Positions 18,356 through 27,589 of a DNA stretch of 64,000 bases are shown here, piece by piece. The notes beneath the pieces were generated by a model. It did no database searches and had not been told where the DNA came from. It saw nothing but the letters and a program-made list of their open reading frames with translations. Each line of letters starts with the position of its first letter. The first letter of the stretch is position 1. The stretch lies in IMG/VR virus record IMGVR_UViG_3300012815_000001. One strand, written 5' to 3'. This stretch comes from a virus. The position numbers and the translations under genes are program-made.

Positions 18356-20932
18356 ATGAAATTCTCAACTTATGCATTTCTGCTTCTACTAATCCTATTC
18401 CCACAATTTGCTAATGCAGAGTCTATTGGCTCTAAAGCAACGGTATACATCCAATCTCAAACAGATGAAGAAAGAAGGTCAGGATTCACAGAGCCAGTAT
18501 TAGACTCATTGTATGGCTGTGAAATGACACAGAGCATTGCTGAAGGAACAGAAACTGGCAAATATAACTGCATTGGAAAGAACAACAAATTTAATAGCGG
18601 CGTATCCAAGATAGTAAATCTGTCTATCTGGAAAATGCTCACAGTGATTACCACTCTTGCGTTTTTAATACTTAGCAGGTGGTTTTATATTAAAGTATTT
18701 GCCGCAGCCTCTCAAAAAATGAACGAGAAAAACTCTGCATTAACGGCCACATTAATCACCTTACTATTTTATGCTTTTGCTTTTCCCGTTTTCGTGAATG
18801 AACAGGGTATTAGATACAACCTATTTACAAATTTAGCGATAGGGACGTTTTACAAAGCTCACTCCATAACGGAATATTATTTATTCAACGATGCTAAACA
18901 AACCAAAATTGAATACCCAAAGCGATTTATCCCCGCTGTGAATTCAGGTGGACCTGCTAACGAGTACAACGCGATTAGCTTTCAATTGTGTACGTCGAGT
19001 ATGTCAGAGCAAGAAGCCTCAAAAAAACAAAAAATCATCTTCAACTTTAACGAGTCTACAGGTGAATTTTCAGCCTTTCACCAAGTGGGGAGCTGCATAC
19101 TGGATGTCAGCTTCACTATCGACATGAATACTGAAAGCATTGCAAAACGTTATGGCTTATCCAGCTATGTGGATAATTCGATTGAGACAATGAAACGAAT
19201 CATTGAGGAAGAATATATTCAGAAGGCACAAGGAATCGCTGAGAACGTAATCAAGGCAGGTAAACCTAGATTGGGAGTACCTGACACATACACACAAGGT
19301 CAGCTCGTTTGCAGTGACGAAGAGAATTTCAATCTCAGCGGTATGAGCCCCAATAGCATTAAAGACTACGCCTACGATGCCGCAAAATGCATGCACGGGC
19401 GCGTGATTGACGACCTTAATAGGGTTCCAGGATACACAGAAGCGTTGATGCCCAAAGACAGAATGGTAAGAGTTTGCTCAACTGTTGACCACAGCGCCGG
19501 GTCAGATACCAGTTTAGATCGTGATGCCAACTCAACCACCTTCATCAGCAATTCGACTCTTGAATCAACGTTGAGAGCGTGTGCAGAAAGGGCTTGTGCA
19601 AATGACTCAAGCCCAAAGAACTGTGCTGATTCACTAAATTTTTACAACCTTTATTTCAAAAACAGATACATGACCAATCCAAACATCGTTACTTTTTTTG
19701 CAAAGATATTGAATACCGATTTCAAAAACACCCTATTCTCTGGCCCAGGTGAGCAATTAGCTTCAACGTTAAAATTAGACATGTATCAATCGTCAAGCAT
19801 ACTTACATCTGAAATTAAGGACAAAGAAGCCTTTACTGTTGAATACGAAAGGATTCAGTCGAATATTAATTTACAGTACTTCATAAACAATAGTCTTGAT
19901 GCAAGCCAGTTATCACCAGTTGCAAAGGATTGGGACACAGCATTTTTGAAATCCATTACAATCGGAAATGACGGTCCTTTAAGTATAGATAGAGTTGTTG
20001 ACTGCTTGCAGTACTCTAGCTCAACGTCGCCTAGCGGCAGAGAATGTGGTTCTGTGTTTTTAGAAATTGAAGGGTTTGGGCAAAACCTTCTTGCAGTAGG
20101 TATGATTATAAAAGCAGAACTCAGAGTAAATGATGCGATCAGAAAGAACACGTTTAGCAGAACTAAAGAGGCAGCAGGATTAAACGCTAGCAAGAACATA
20201 ATCGACCTTGCATCAAGCTTCTTTGGATCATTCACAGGTAAGATTGCAATCCTTGCAACAGGTATAACAGCCACAACAGGCTTCAATGAGATCTACAACC
20301 CCGTAGGATTAAGCGTTGGCCCTGAAGCTCTCATAGCGCTAGCTATAATTGTCAAGGTTCCGCAAATGGCTGCCTTCCTGGACACTTTTGCAAACTCCCT
20401 GATTTTGGGTGGAAACGCTTTGATTTGGGCAATTCCTCTTGCAATTGTACTGAGTGGTTTGAGCGTAATATATACATCTATAAAATCCACGATAGGTTTT
20501 TCTGTCACGGCCCCGACTACAATTCTTCAAAATATCAATGGAACTACAGTTGACAAGCATACGGATATATTCAAATTCATCCAAGAATTGGTTTTACTTT
20601 TTCTCTCAATAACCTGCTATGCAGTGATGCTGTACCATTCTCTCTGGTACATAAAAGCGCTATTTATTTATAAGGTTATAGACATAGAAAAGATAACCGG
20701 CAGTTTAAATATCGGATACAGAATCACCGGAATTGGCGACATTTATTCAACCCTGATGGGAATCAGCATCTACCTTTGTATTGTCTTAATGTTATGCATT
20801 CACATAATTCGCAGATCAACCCAAATCAAAGATTTCATAGGAGTGATACTGTATTCAACGGAAAGCAATCTCCCCGAACACGCCCAAGGAATAGAATTCT
20901 CTTCAAACAAATTCGGAAAAAACAATTTATAA
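18356..20932 (+). CDS. Large inner-membrane protein, DotA/TraY-like topology (858 aa), probable paralog of 15624..18296
   Basis: Same size and hydrophobicity layout as the upstream gene; LIWAIPL...SVTAP segment resembles the TraY/DotA C-terminal region. Confidence 0.55.
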   Translation: MKFSTYAFLLLLILFPQFANAESIGSKATVYIQSQTDEERRSGFTEPVLDSLYGCEMTQSIAEGTETGKYNCIGKNNKFNSGVSKIVNLSIWKMLTVITTLAFLILSRWFYIKVFAAASQKMNEKNSALTATLITLLFYAFAFPVFVNEQGIRYNLFTNLAIGTFYKAHSITEYYLFNDAKQTKIEYPKRFIPAVNSGGPANEYNAISFQLCTSSMSEQEASKKQKIIFNFNESTGEFSAFHQVGSCILDVSFTIDMNTESIAKRYGLSSYVDNSIETMKRIIEEEYIQKAQGIAENVIKAGKPRLGVPDTYTQGQLVCSDEENFNLSGMSPNSIKDYAYDAAKCMHGRVIDDLNRVPGYTEALMPKDRMVRVCSTVDHSAGSDTSLDRDANSTTFISNSTLESTLRACAERACANDSSPKNCADSLNFYNLYFKNRYMTNPNIVTFFAKILNTDFKNTLFSGPGEQLASTLKLDMYQSSSILTSEIKDKEAFTVEYERIQSNINLQYFINNSLDASQLSPVAKDWDTAFLKSITIGNDGPLSIDRVVDCLQYSSSTSPSGRECGSVFLEIEGFGQNLLAVGMIIKAELRVNDAIRKNTFSRTKEAAGLNASKNIIDLASSFFGSFTGKIAILATGITATTGFNEIYNPVGLSVGPEALIALAIIVKVPQMAAFLDTFANSLILGGNALIWAIPLAIVLSGLSVIYTSIKSTIGFSVTAPTTILQNINGTTVDKHTDIFKFIQELVLLFLSITCYAVMLYHSLWYIKALFIYKVIDIEKITGSLNIGYRITGIGDIYSTLMGISIYLCIVLMLCIHIIRRSTQIKDFIGVILYSTESNLPEHAQGIEFSSNKFGKNNL

Positions 20933-20996
20933 GTTGGCCTTATGGCCAATTTGAGATTGTGCAGATGCTATAATTAGGAAAACAACTAACACTATA

Positions 20997-21527
20997 ATGT
21001 CAATCAAATTATCAAAAAATGAATCTCAGTATTCAGATGAAGAGAAAAGCGCTATTCAGCAACAATTCGATTATGCAATGAGCCAATATTGTGAAGTGGA
21101 CAACCTCTACAAAATAGCTAAATTGACGGCGCTATTTTTTCCCTATGGATTAGTAGCGACTTTCTTTCCAATACGAAGGCTAATGCAAGCAGATCACAGT
21201 CTTTTTAGGTATTGGATGATTCTGCCAACTTTATTGGTTATCACGTTCATTTCAGCAAACATCTATGTTTGGTATGCTTATTTTTCTGTTCGCAGCACAC
21301 CAATCTCCGACATGTTCCCCTTCCACCTAGTAATTATCTGTTCGATTTGTTTGTGGACAATAGGATTATTCGCACAGAAGATTTCAAAAGTAGCGTGGCT
21401 AATCAGAGAACTCATCTATTACAAACAAGTCAATCGTTACAATCACTATAAACGAATCGTAGCTAGCCGCTTCACCACGTCAGGAATGAAAGGGCTGTTC
21501 AATAAATTTGCAGGTAGGATTAAATAA
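20997..21527 (+). CDS. Small multi-TM membrane protein (176 aa)
   Basis: About three hydrophobic segments; promoter variant ATGCTATAATT at 20965-20975. Confidence 0.75.
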   Translation: MSIKLSKNESQYSDEEKSAIQQQFDYAMSQYCEVDNLYKIAKLTALFFPYGLVATFFPIRRLMQADHSLFRYWMILPTLLVITFISANIYVWYAYFSVRSTPISDMFPFHLVIICSICLWTIGLFAQKISKVAWLIRELIYYKQVNRYNHYKRIVASRFTTSGMKGLFNKFAGRIK

Positions 21528-21864
21528 AGCTCAATGCCTGTGGCAAATGGCAAGCACTAAAGCTCAACCCATTTGCCATTGACTTCTATCAGACTGAATA
21601 GCCCGTGAATAAAATCCAAAAAGCCTTTTGCTTTGTACCGCCGAACCATTCAACGAGAATCTACTTATCCAATCATATAAGCCAAACAAGGTGCTTCTCG
21701 CGTCAGCGGATGCTCTACCAGGTACTCAACCTTCCCTAGGCCGTTCCTAGGCCATTCCGAACAGAATCCGAATGCCCCTATCAACTCGATAGAATCTGTC
21801 CAACTCCAAGCAACGACAGAGCCGGTTATACTCACCAATACCGCAGGTTCAGGGAGTTGACCAG

Positions 21865-22116
21865 ATGGATAAGGAATTCAGCTACAACCCTCAAATTCCG
21901 TGCATTGTGCTGCACAAAGGCCAAGACGTTGGGGCAATGGTGGATGGCAAGCTCTACAGATTCGATTCCAGCCTCACTGCGCATAACCAGCATGCAGAGG
22001 CCGGAATCCTTGTTGATAACGTTCTGTTCCAGTACGGAGAGCCCATAGGTCACCTTGAGGGCCGAAGGCTCATCATTGATAGCGGTAGTGAAATCCTAGA
22101 GCTGGTGGAAGCCTAA
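21865..22116 (+). CDS. Small hypothetical protein (83 aa)
   Basis: ORF in a GC-richer patch, convergent with 22113..22511. Confidence 0.6.
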   Translation: MDKEFSYNPQIPCIVLHKGQDVGAMVDGKLYRFDSSLTAHNQHAEAGILVDNVLFQYGEPIGHLEGRRLIIDSGSEILELVEA

Positions 22117-22511
22117 ACGCCTTTCTCTGCTCCATTGGTAAGCTGACTCCGTGCAGCATCGAGGGATTCCAATAGGCTCTGTGAGTAGCTGACTGCATCA
22201 GCTAGAGCCACTTCTGCAAAGCCCGTATCAACGTCTACGAATTTCTCAACAAACGCCCTGCAGTACTCCTGCCATTCCCCATCCTCACCCAAGCCATAAA
22301 GCCCAAGCCAACAAGCGATTATCTGGTGAACGTGCATAGCGTTCCTCGCCGTCTCCCCTTGTGTCCGTAGAAAGGCTTCACGGTCATCAGAGATGGAGAA
22401 TTCACGGAAAGCTTGTAGGTGCTGATTCAGGGTCAGGACACACGCAGCAACGTCAAAATCTAGCTGAATGCGCTCCCTAGGGTTGTACCTGTTGCGGATC
22501 GGTCGAGACAT
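22113..22511 (-). CDS. Hypothetical protein (132 aa)
   Basis: ORF with upstream GGAGG-like sequence. Confidence 0.6.
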   Translation of the reverse strand: MSRPIRNRYNPRERIQLDFDVAACVLTLNQHLQAFREFSISDDREAFLRTQGETARNAMHVHQIIACWLGLYGLGEDGEWQEYCRAFVEKFVDVDTGFAEVALADAVSYSQSLLESLDAARSQLTNGAEKGV

Positions 22512-22592
22512 GTGAGGGCGCCCAGGAGGTAGTCAATCTGATCGTAACTACAGATCTCGCAGCGAAGCCACTTAGGAATCACAGAAAGCGAA

Positions 22593-22614
22593 AAGCCCGC
22601 ACGATTGCGGGCTT
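22593..22614 (-). terminator. Rho-independent terminator-like hairpin
   Basis: AAGCCCGC-6nt-GCGGGCTT, T-rich tail on the minus strand. Confidence 0.55.
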
Positions 22615-22793
22615 CTCTAAAAACAAACCTAACTAACAAGCAGCGGACTTTACTAAAAGATGAACAACTTGCTGCTTGCCTTTACAGTTTAACATTTATA
22701 TTTACAAATTAAGACAATAAAGAATTTATTCTTAAAAAATTAGATTTTATTTTTTTAAATGTTATTATTTAAAAACAACAAACCTTTACTAAA

Positions 22794-23057
22794 ATGAAAA
22801 TCAGATTATTTACCTTTGCAGCTTTAGCATTACTTTCGAGTTTATCCCATGCAAATGACTCAACTCAAAACAAATCAGGAAAACAGAATATAGATGAACA
22901 AAACCTGATTGAGACCACAAGACAAATTGTTGACTCAGTGGGTTTCGTTGATATGGATGCACAGTCACGTTCTTTTTTAAGCACAGACTTCAAAGGAATT
23001 CCTATTGAAGATTATGAAGACACAAACGATTACGACGCGCATATAGACGCTTCATGA
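22794..23057 (+). CDS. Small secreted protein (87 aa)
   Basis: Sec-type signal peptide MKIRLFTFAALALLSSLSHA; ACAACAAACC leader. Confidence 0.7.
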   Translation: MKIRLFTFAALALLSSLSHANDSTQNKSGKQNIDEQNLIETTRQIVDSVGFVDMDAQSRSFLSTDFKGIPIEDYEDTNDYDAHIDAS

Positions 23058-23127
23058 TTAACCACTTATCAATTAGTGTCTCATCAGAGGCTTTAATTTT
23101 GCCCACCGGAAAAATATGGAATAGGCA

Positions 23128-23140
23128 AAATGGTATAATT
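23128..23140 (+). promoter_or_regulatory. Extended -10 promoter AAATGGTATAATT
   Basis: Exact motif copy followed by AAACAAACC, upstream of ATG 23167. Confidence 0.75.
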
Positions 23141-23166
23141 AAGCTAATAAACAAACCTTTTGAATC

Positions 23167-24897
23167 ATGCAAAAAAGAATTATTGCGGTACTCACGCTTT
23201 CCATAATTGGACTTACAAACACAGCAAATGCTTACACTTGGCCTGCAGACCAGCTTTACGAAGAATCATTAAACGCAGAGGTAGGCGGGGTTTCATGCTC
23301 TGTGCCAAATTCGCAGTATCAGTACAGACGTGTCTATATAATCAACCCAGATGGTACGAGAAACTATTTAAACAAAGGAAATGGCGTTGTAATAAGAAAA
23401 CAAGACGGCTATGAAATAATAAGAGATTGCTACAACGTTCAAGCAGAGGGATTGAAAGCTGACTATGAAGTAGCTTATGACACTAAAACAATAGCATGCG
23501 AAAATCCAAAGGCCATTGGAAATGTTACTAAATATAGACAATATATACATTACACAAACCCTAAAGTTACAAATTATCTAAATTTGGCTTTCAGCATTTA
23601 CAATTTGAGTGACACATGCAGAACTCAAGAAACAGAAACTCAAACACAAGCTTGCCCTAGCGGCTTTACAGGACAAATCGTAAATTCGAGAACATACGAC
23701 TTGTACAGCGACGGTCATAAATCCAATTATTCGGGCTGGACTACAACTCAAGATACTTGTTCGAAAAACGAAAACCAGCAGCTCACAAGAGCAAACTGCC
23801 CTTCGTTAGCACCGAATTATCAGTACAATCTCGGAAACACCCTCGGTTTGTACGGTAGAACCGTTAAGCCATCTGGCGCAGCAAGTGATTGGAATTTAAT
23901 TGTTGTGGTTCAAAACAATTGCTACTATTTGAAAGACACGGTAACAAGTACAAATGAGGTCGATTGCCCGGTTGGTCAATCAGGAAAAATCGTAAGGGAA
24001 ACACACGTAAAATTAAAACAATACATCTCTTGGTCACAAAACGATTCTTCATACATCGTTGAAGAAGAAAACACTTGTAAGCCAACGGGGCCAGTCACAG
24101 TTGAAATCAAACCAGGCACTCAAACGGTGAGCTGTGATAGCTATTATGGAGTTCAACAGGGTACATATTCGGGGAACGTAACAAAAACTGGCGACAATTT
24201 AACAATCTTTGACCCAGTGTCTGGATCTACAAACACTACTTTTCAAGCTAAAACTGAAGACACAACATCATGTGTTAAGGAAATCACAGCTACTACGAAA
24301 GAGCTTATTGAAGAAGAATGCCCAGCCGGATTCTTGGGTAAAATCACAAAGTACTTAGTAAAAGCTGAGAACTCGACAGGTACGGTTTACCCATACGGAA
24401 CCACGCCAATTCTTGAGTCAAACACCTGCATTGCTGTTTCGGTAAGCGATGAAATAAACGCACCAAGCGCTGAACATTTGCAAGATTCTGTTCTTTCAAA
24501 CTTGAGTTTCACCACAACCTCTATTTCAAAAAGCGATTTGATAATCGACCAACTCAACAAAATTGACACATCAAAGCTTGAAGGTAAAGCCTATATCATG
24601 AATGTCAGTGCTGATAACTTAAGCGCTGGGGCATTTGACAGCACAAAGATTTCAAACCTTGTGAAAACCTTTAAGTCAAAATTAGGCACACAATCTACAA
24701 GCGTGAAATTAACGTCTGCGCCGGTCACTCTAGATAAATACATTGGTCAAGATGGTTTGACACAATCAAGAATTGCCAAAGAGAAATTAGCGCTTTCAGG
24801 AATTAGCATTGATAAAGGCACAGTCACTGTTAAGTACGTTTCACTTGCAAAACCTACTCCTGCGCATTACAGCTTCACCGTGAAGGTATTTGAATAA
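23167..24897 (+). CDS. Secreted Thr/Cys-rich repeat protein, putative adhesin (576 aa)
   Basis: Signal peptide; repeats CPSGFTGQI, CPVGQSGKI, CPAGFLGKI and a degenerate CDSYYG..YSGNV. Confidence 0.65.
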   Translation: MQKRIIAVLTLSIIGLTNTANAYTWPADQLYEESLNAEVGGVSCSVPNSQYQYRRVYIINPDGTRNYLNKGNGVVIRKQDGYEIIRDCYNVQAEGLKADYEVAYDTKTIACENPKAIGNVTKYRQYIHYTNPKVTNYLNLAFSIYNLSDTCRTQETETQTQACPSGFTGQIVNSRTYDLYSDGHKSNYSGWTTTQDTCSKNENQQLTRANCPSLAPNYQYNLGNTLGLYGRTVKPSGAASDWNLIVVVQNNCYYLKDTVTSTNEVDCPVGQSGKIVRETHVKLKQYISWSQNDSSYIVEEENTCKPTGPVTVEIKPGTQTVSCDSYYGVQQGTYSGNVTKTGDNLTIFDPVSGSTNTTFQAKTEDTTSCVKEITATTKELIEEECPAGFLGKITKYLVKAENSTGTVYPYGTTPILESNTCIAVSVSDEINAPSAEHLQDSVLSNLSFTTTSISKSDLIIDQLNKIDTSKLEGKAYIMNVSADNLSAGAFDSTKISNLVKTFKSKLGTQSTSVKLTSAPVTLDKYIGQDGLTQSRIAKEKLALSGISIDKGTVTVKYVSLAKPTPAHYSFTVKVFE

Positions 24898-24912
24898 GGT
24901 AAGCAACAATAG

Positions 24913-24933
24913 AAGCCCTACGGGGCTTTTTTT
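24913..24933 (+). terminator. Rho-independent terminator
   Basis: AAGCCC-tacg-GGGCTT plus T run. Confidence 0.8.
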
Positions 24934-24974
24934 GTGCCTTGAAATCACTGCCATTTTTCTTTTGTGGTCACTCA

Positions 24975-25868
24975 TCAGAAGGTCATGAGCTTTACAGCAT
25001 GCTCAAATGCATTTTCCCTCGCTTTGACGTGGCCCTGGCTCATCAGGAAGGCCAGCACGTCATCACCGCTGTAATGCTCTGCAAATGCCTGCCTAACCAC
25101 CTTCCTGTCGATTACATCGTCAATCACGGAATCACCAAGAAGCCTTGATTTGTACACGAGCGTTTCACGTAACGCCTTTAGGTAGAAAGCGGCGTCATCA
25201 GGGCTACCAGCTCCCACAGCAGGAGCTGTGAGCTTCATGCCCTTGGCCTTCTGTATCTGAGCCACACATTCAGTGCAGGAACGCTTTAGCGAGCGATTGC
25301 AGGTCACGAATGACCCAGTGCCATGGTGCTTGAATCCAGCAGCGTGTATAGGTGCTTCCAGGCTCTTTGGACGAGGTACGCGAAAGGTGCTGACACTCTT
25401 GTTCAGAGCCCAAATGAACATCTGTGCGTTGTAGGCATACTGGTCATCATCCTTATGCTTGTCGATCCTGCAAACGAGGTCATAAAGCTTGCTGTGAAGG
25501 CTTCCTTTGATCGTAGTAACCAATGTTGGGGCAAAGCCAAGGCTAGCCAGGTCTTTGAGCTTTACGGACGTGACAGAGCTGATAGCAAGGTAGTGGTAGG
25601 TCTTTGACTTCGGGACAATCGTTACGTCATACCCTTCTATGTTTTTTGCGCTCATCAGCTTGAAAAGCTTGTCGGTCAGCAGGTCATCAGCAGTAAAGAA
25701 CTGATCCTTCACCCCCTGCGCGTTGTACGCTTTCAGGCAGAAAGGCGCCTTGCCTTTCTCAATCAAGGCTTCTGTAGCCGGGTGGAATATAACTTGGAAT
25801 TTGTCAGCTTCAAAGGAAGCTAACTGGTTAGAAAAATGGTCGATTCTAGCTATTTTTGTTTTTGTCAT
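24975..25868 (-). CDS. RepB-type DNA primase-like protein, apparently degenerate
   Basis: KNIEGYDVTIVP...HYLAISSV...LGFAPTLV...AAGFKH follows the RepB-primase layout, but SS stands where DD is expected. Confidence 0.5.
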   Translation of the reverse strand: MTKTKIARIDHFSNQLASFEADKFQVIFHPATEALIEKGKAPFCLKAYNAQGVKDQFFTADDLLTDKLFKLMSAKNIEGYDVTIVPKSKTYHYLAISSVTSVKLKDLASLGFAPTLVTTIKGSLHSKLYDLVCRIDKHKDDDQYAYNAQMFIWALNKSVSTFRVPRPKSLEAPIHAAGFKHHGTGSFVTCNRSLKRSCTECVAQIQKAKGMKLTAPAVGAGSPDDAAFYLKALRETLVYKSRLLGDSVIDDVIDRKVVRQAFAEHYSGDDVLAFLMSQGHVKARENAFEHAVKLMTF

Positions 25869-25919
25869 TCTTTTTCTCGTTTATTGTTGTTTTCTCTCCT
25901 TTCGGAATATTATTGCCAA

Positions 25920-26411
25920 TTAGAATGGGATGAGCCCATCTACACCCTCTTGCTTCATATCATTATTAAACTGCTTATATTTCTTGAATCTCTCTTTACA
26001 AATCTGCCCATTTACCAACGCAGCAGATCTAAACGATTTGTTCAATGCGCTAGCCATTTTCATCTTCTCTTCAATACTACCTTTACAAGCAAACTGGACA
26101 TTCACTTTAAAAGTCGTTTCACCACCTGTCCTATTACTATTTTTAGTTTCAATGAAATTCATATACCTCAAAACATTTAGGGATTTCTTACGAGTATTTT
26201 CAGAAACGTCCAAGTACTTATCAAGGTCATGAAGGTTAACTTTGCATTCATTAAATCTATCCATATTTTCGACTGCCGCCATCAGGATTTGCCCCGCCAC
26301 TTTATCAAAACCAACCACCGCAATATAATAAGGCATTGCGCTCGTAAGAATCTGCGCGTAAAAATTCTTTTCTAATTTATTAAATGTTATACTATTAAAA
26401 GGGTTCTTCAT
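25920..26411 (-). CDS. RepL-like winged-helix replication/maintenance protein
   Basis: ENMDRFNECKVNLHDLDKYLDVSENTRKKSLNVL..MNFI...FKVNVQFACKG resembles the RepL N..i...HTH...vNP...KG pattern. Confidence 0.55.
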   Translation of the reverse strand: MKNPFNSITFNKLEKNFYAQILTSAMPYYIAVVGFDKVAGQILMAAVENMDRFNECKVNLHDLDKYLDVSENTRKKSLNVLRYMNFIETKNSNRTGGETTFKVNVQFACKGSIEEKMKMASALNKSFRSAALVNGQICKERFKKYKQFNNDMKQEGVDGLIPF

Positions 26412-26468
26412 CTCAACCTCAACTCATTAATTAGACTGTTTGCCGCAGTCTTTTTATTTTTCTATCAA

Positions 26469-26780
26469 TTAAAGGTTAAGGAACTTAACTTCAATCCACA
26501 TCATTCCATGGGCTTTATCATGCTCAACAGCAATTAATTTTTGCTCAATTAAAACGTTCATGCATCTGCGTACATTTTCGCTTGTGCAATCCATCCACTT
26601 CATAATCTCTGCTTTGTCCGTATAAACGACATGCAAGCCAGTTTCTGTTTTATCAGCAGCAGTGCAGAGTTTTATCAATAGCGTATGCGCGGAGTGTTTT
26701 GTCAAAGCCACTTTACGAAGAGCTTCCAAGGCTTTTTCAGAAGTAGGCAGTTTTATATATCTTCTATTCTCAATATTCAT
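26469..26780 (-). CDS. Small winged-helix DNA-binding protein
   Basis: DKAEIMKWMDCTSENVRRCMNVLIEQKLI HTH-like segment; likely start ATG 26780 with AAACAAACC leader. Confidence 0.55.
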   Translation of the reverse strand: MNIENRRYIKLPTSEKALEALRKVALTKHSAHTLLIKLCTAADKTETGLHVVYTDKAEIMKWMDCTSENVRRCMNVLIEQKLIAVEHDKAHGMMWIEVKFLNL

Positions 26781-26890
26781 GTTGATTATTATTTGGTTTG
26801 TTTTAATACAATAGCATTTGAAAAACACAAAATTGTGGTTTAAGCACAAATTTGTTGGAAAATATTTTAGTATGATAAAATAAAGCAAAC

Positions 26891-27015
26891 TTTGGAGTAC
26901 AATTTTTTGTACTCCAAAAAGAGAAATTCCATAAATATGTTGAAAAAAACTGCTTTAGAGTACAGTTTTTTGTACTCTAAAATACCTTTACAGTACAATT
27001 TTTTGTACTCTAAAG
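26891..27015. repeat. Three palindromic ~28-bp repeats (candidate origin/operator sites)
   Basis: TTTGGAGTACAA-TTTT-TTGTACTCCAAA (26891-26918); TTTAGAGTACA-GTTTTT-TGTACTCTAAA (26954-26981); CTTTACAGTACAA-TTTT-TTGTACTCTAAAG (26986-27015). Confidence 0.9.
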
Positions 27016-27589
27016 TCTCTACAGGCCACGGAAATCAAGGACTGAAATCCTATAGCGCGCGCGTATAATTTAAGATCTCATTAAAAACATTCAGGCGTCA
27101 GCAAACACAGCTAACCATAACTGGGTATTGGATCATCCATCAACCTTGAAAATGCATTAGGGATAGCAATGACTTTGATTGATCCTTGAAGCTCATTCCT
27201 TTGTTAAAGGTTCGGGCACTCGCTGCGCGAAATTGTTCAGCCCTAAATCACCAACAATTTGGATCATCCGTTTGCCGTTCAGGTATCCGCCAGGACACTT
27301 TTTTAATTAAAGCTATTCCTGCATTTCTGATGGTGGATTACCTGGCATTGCAGGATGGTCCATTGGGCTGAATCTCATCCAGCTCGACACGAGCAAATGA
27401 TTTTCCCTGGAGAAGGGCTGTGAGGCGTTTTGTGACACGTTAGACCAACCAAGCTTCCCTTCTGTCGTTTTCCGTACAAACTTCCCAGCACAGGCGTCCT
27501 AGTACGGAACAACCGTGGGTGACGAAAGGAGACCGAGGGTAAAAGCCTTACCAGCTCCGTAGGCACAGCAACTGAACAAATTTTTGGTA

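Noticed and set aside
21541-21578. TGGCAAATGG/CCATTTGCCA inverted repeat as a MITE or IS end
   Set aside because: No target duplication, second copy or transposase; most simply a 3' hairpin of the upstream gene.
26891-27015. Palindromic 28-bp repeats with one 35-nt spacer resembling a mini CRISPR array
   Set aside because: The second spacer is only about 5 nt, there are just three units and no cas genes; phasing and location fit protein-binding sites better.
27470-27509. TTCCGTAC/GTACGGAA inverted repeat as an oriT or ncRNA
   Set aside because: Only 8-bp arms, no recognisable nic motif and no relaxase in the window.
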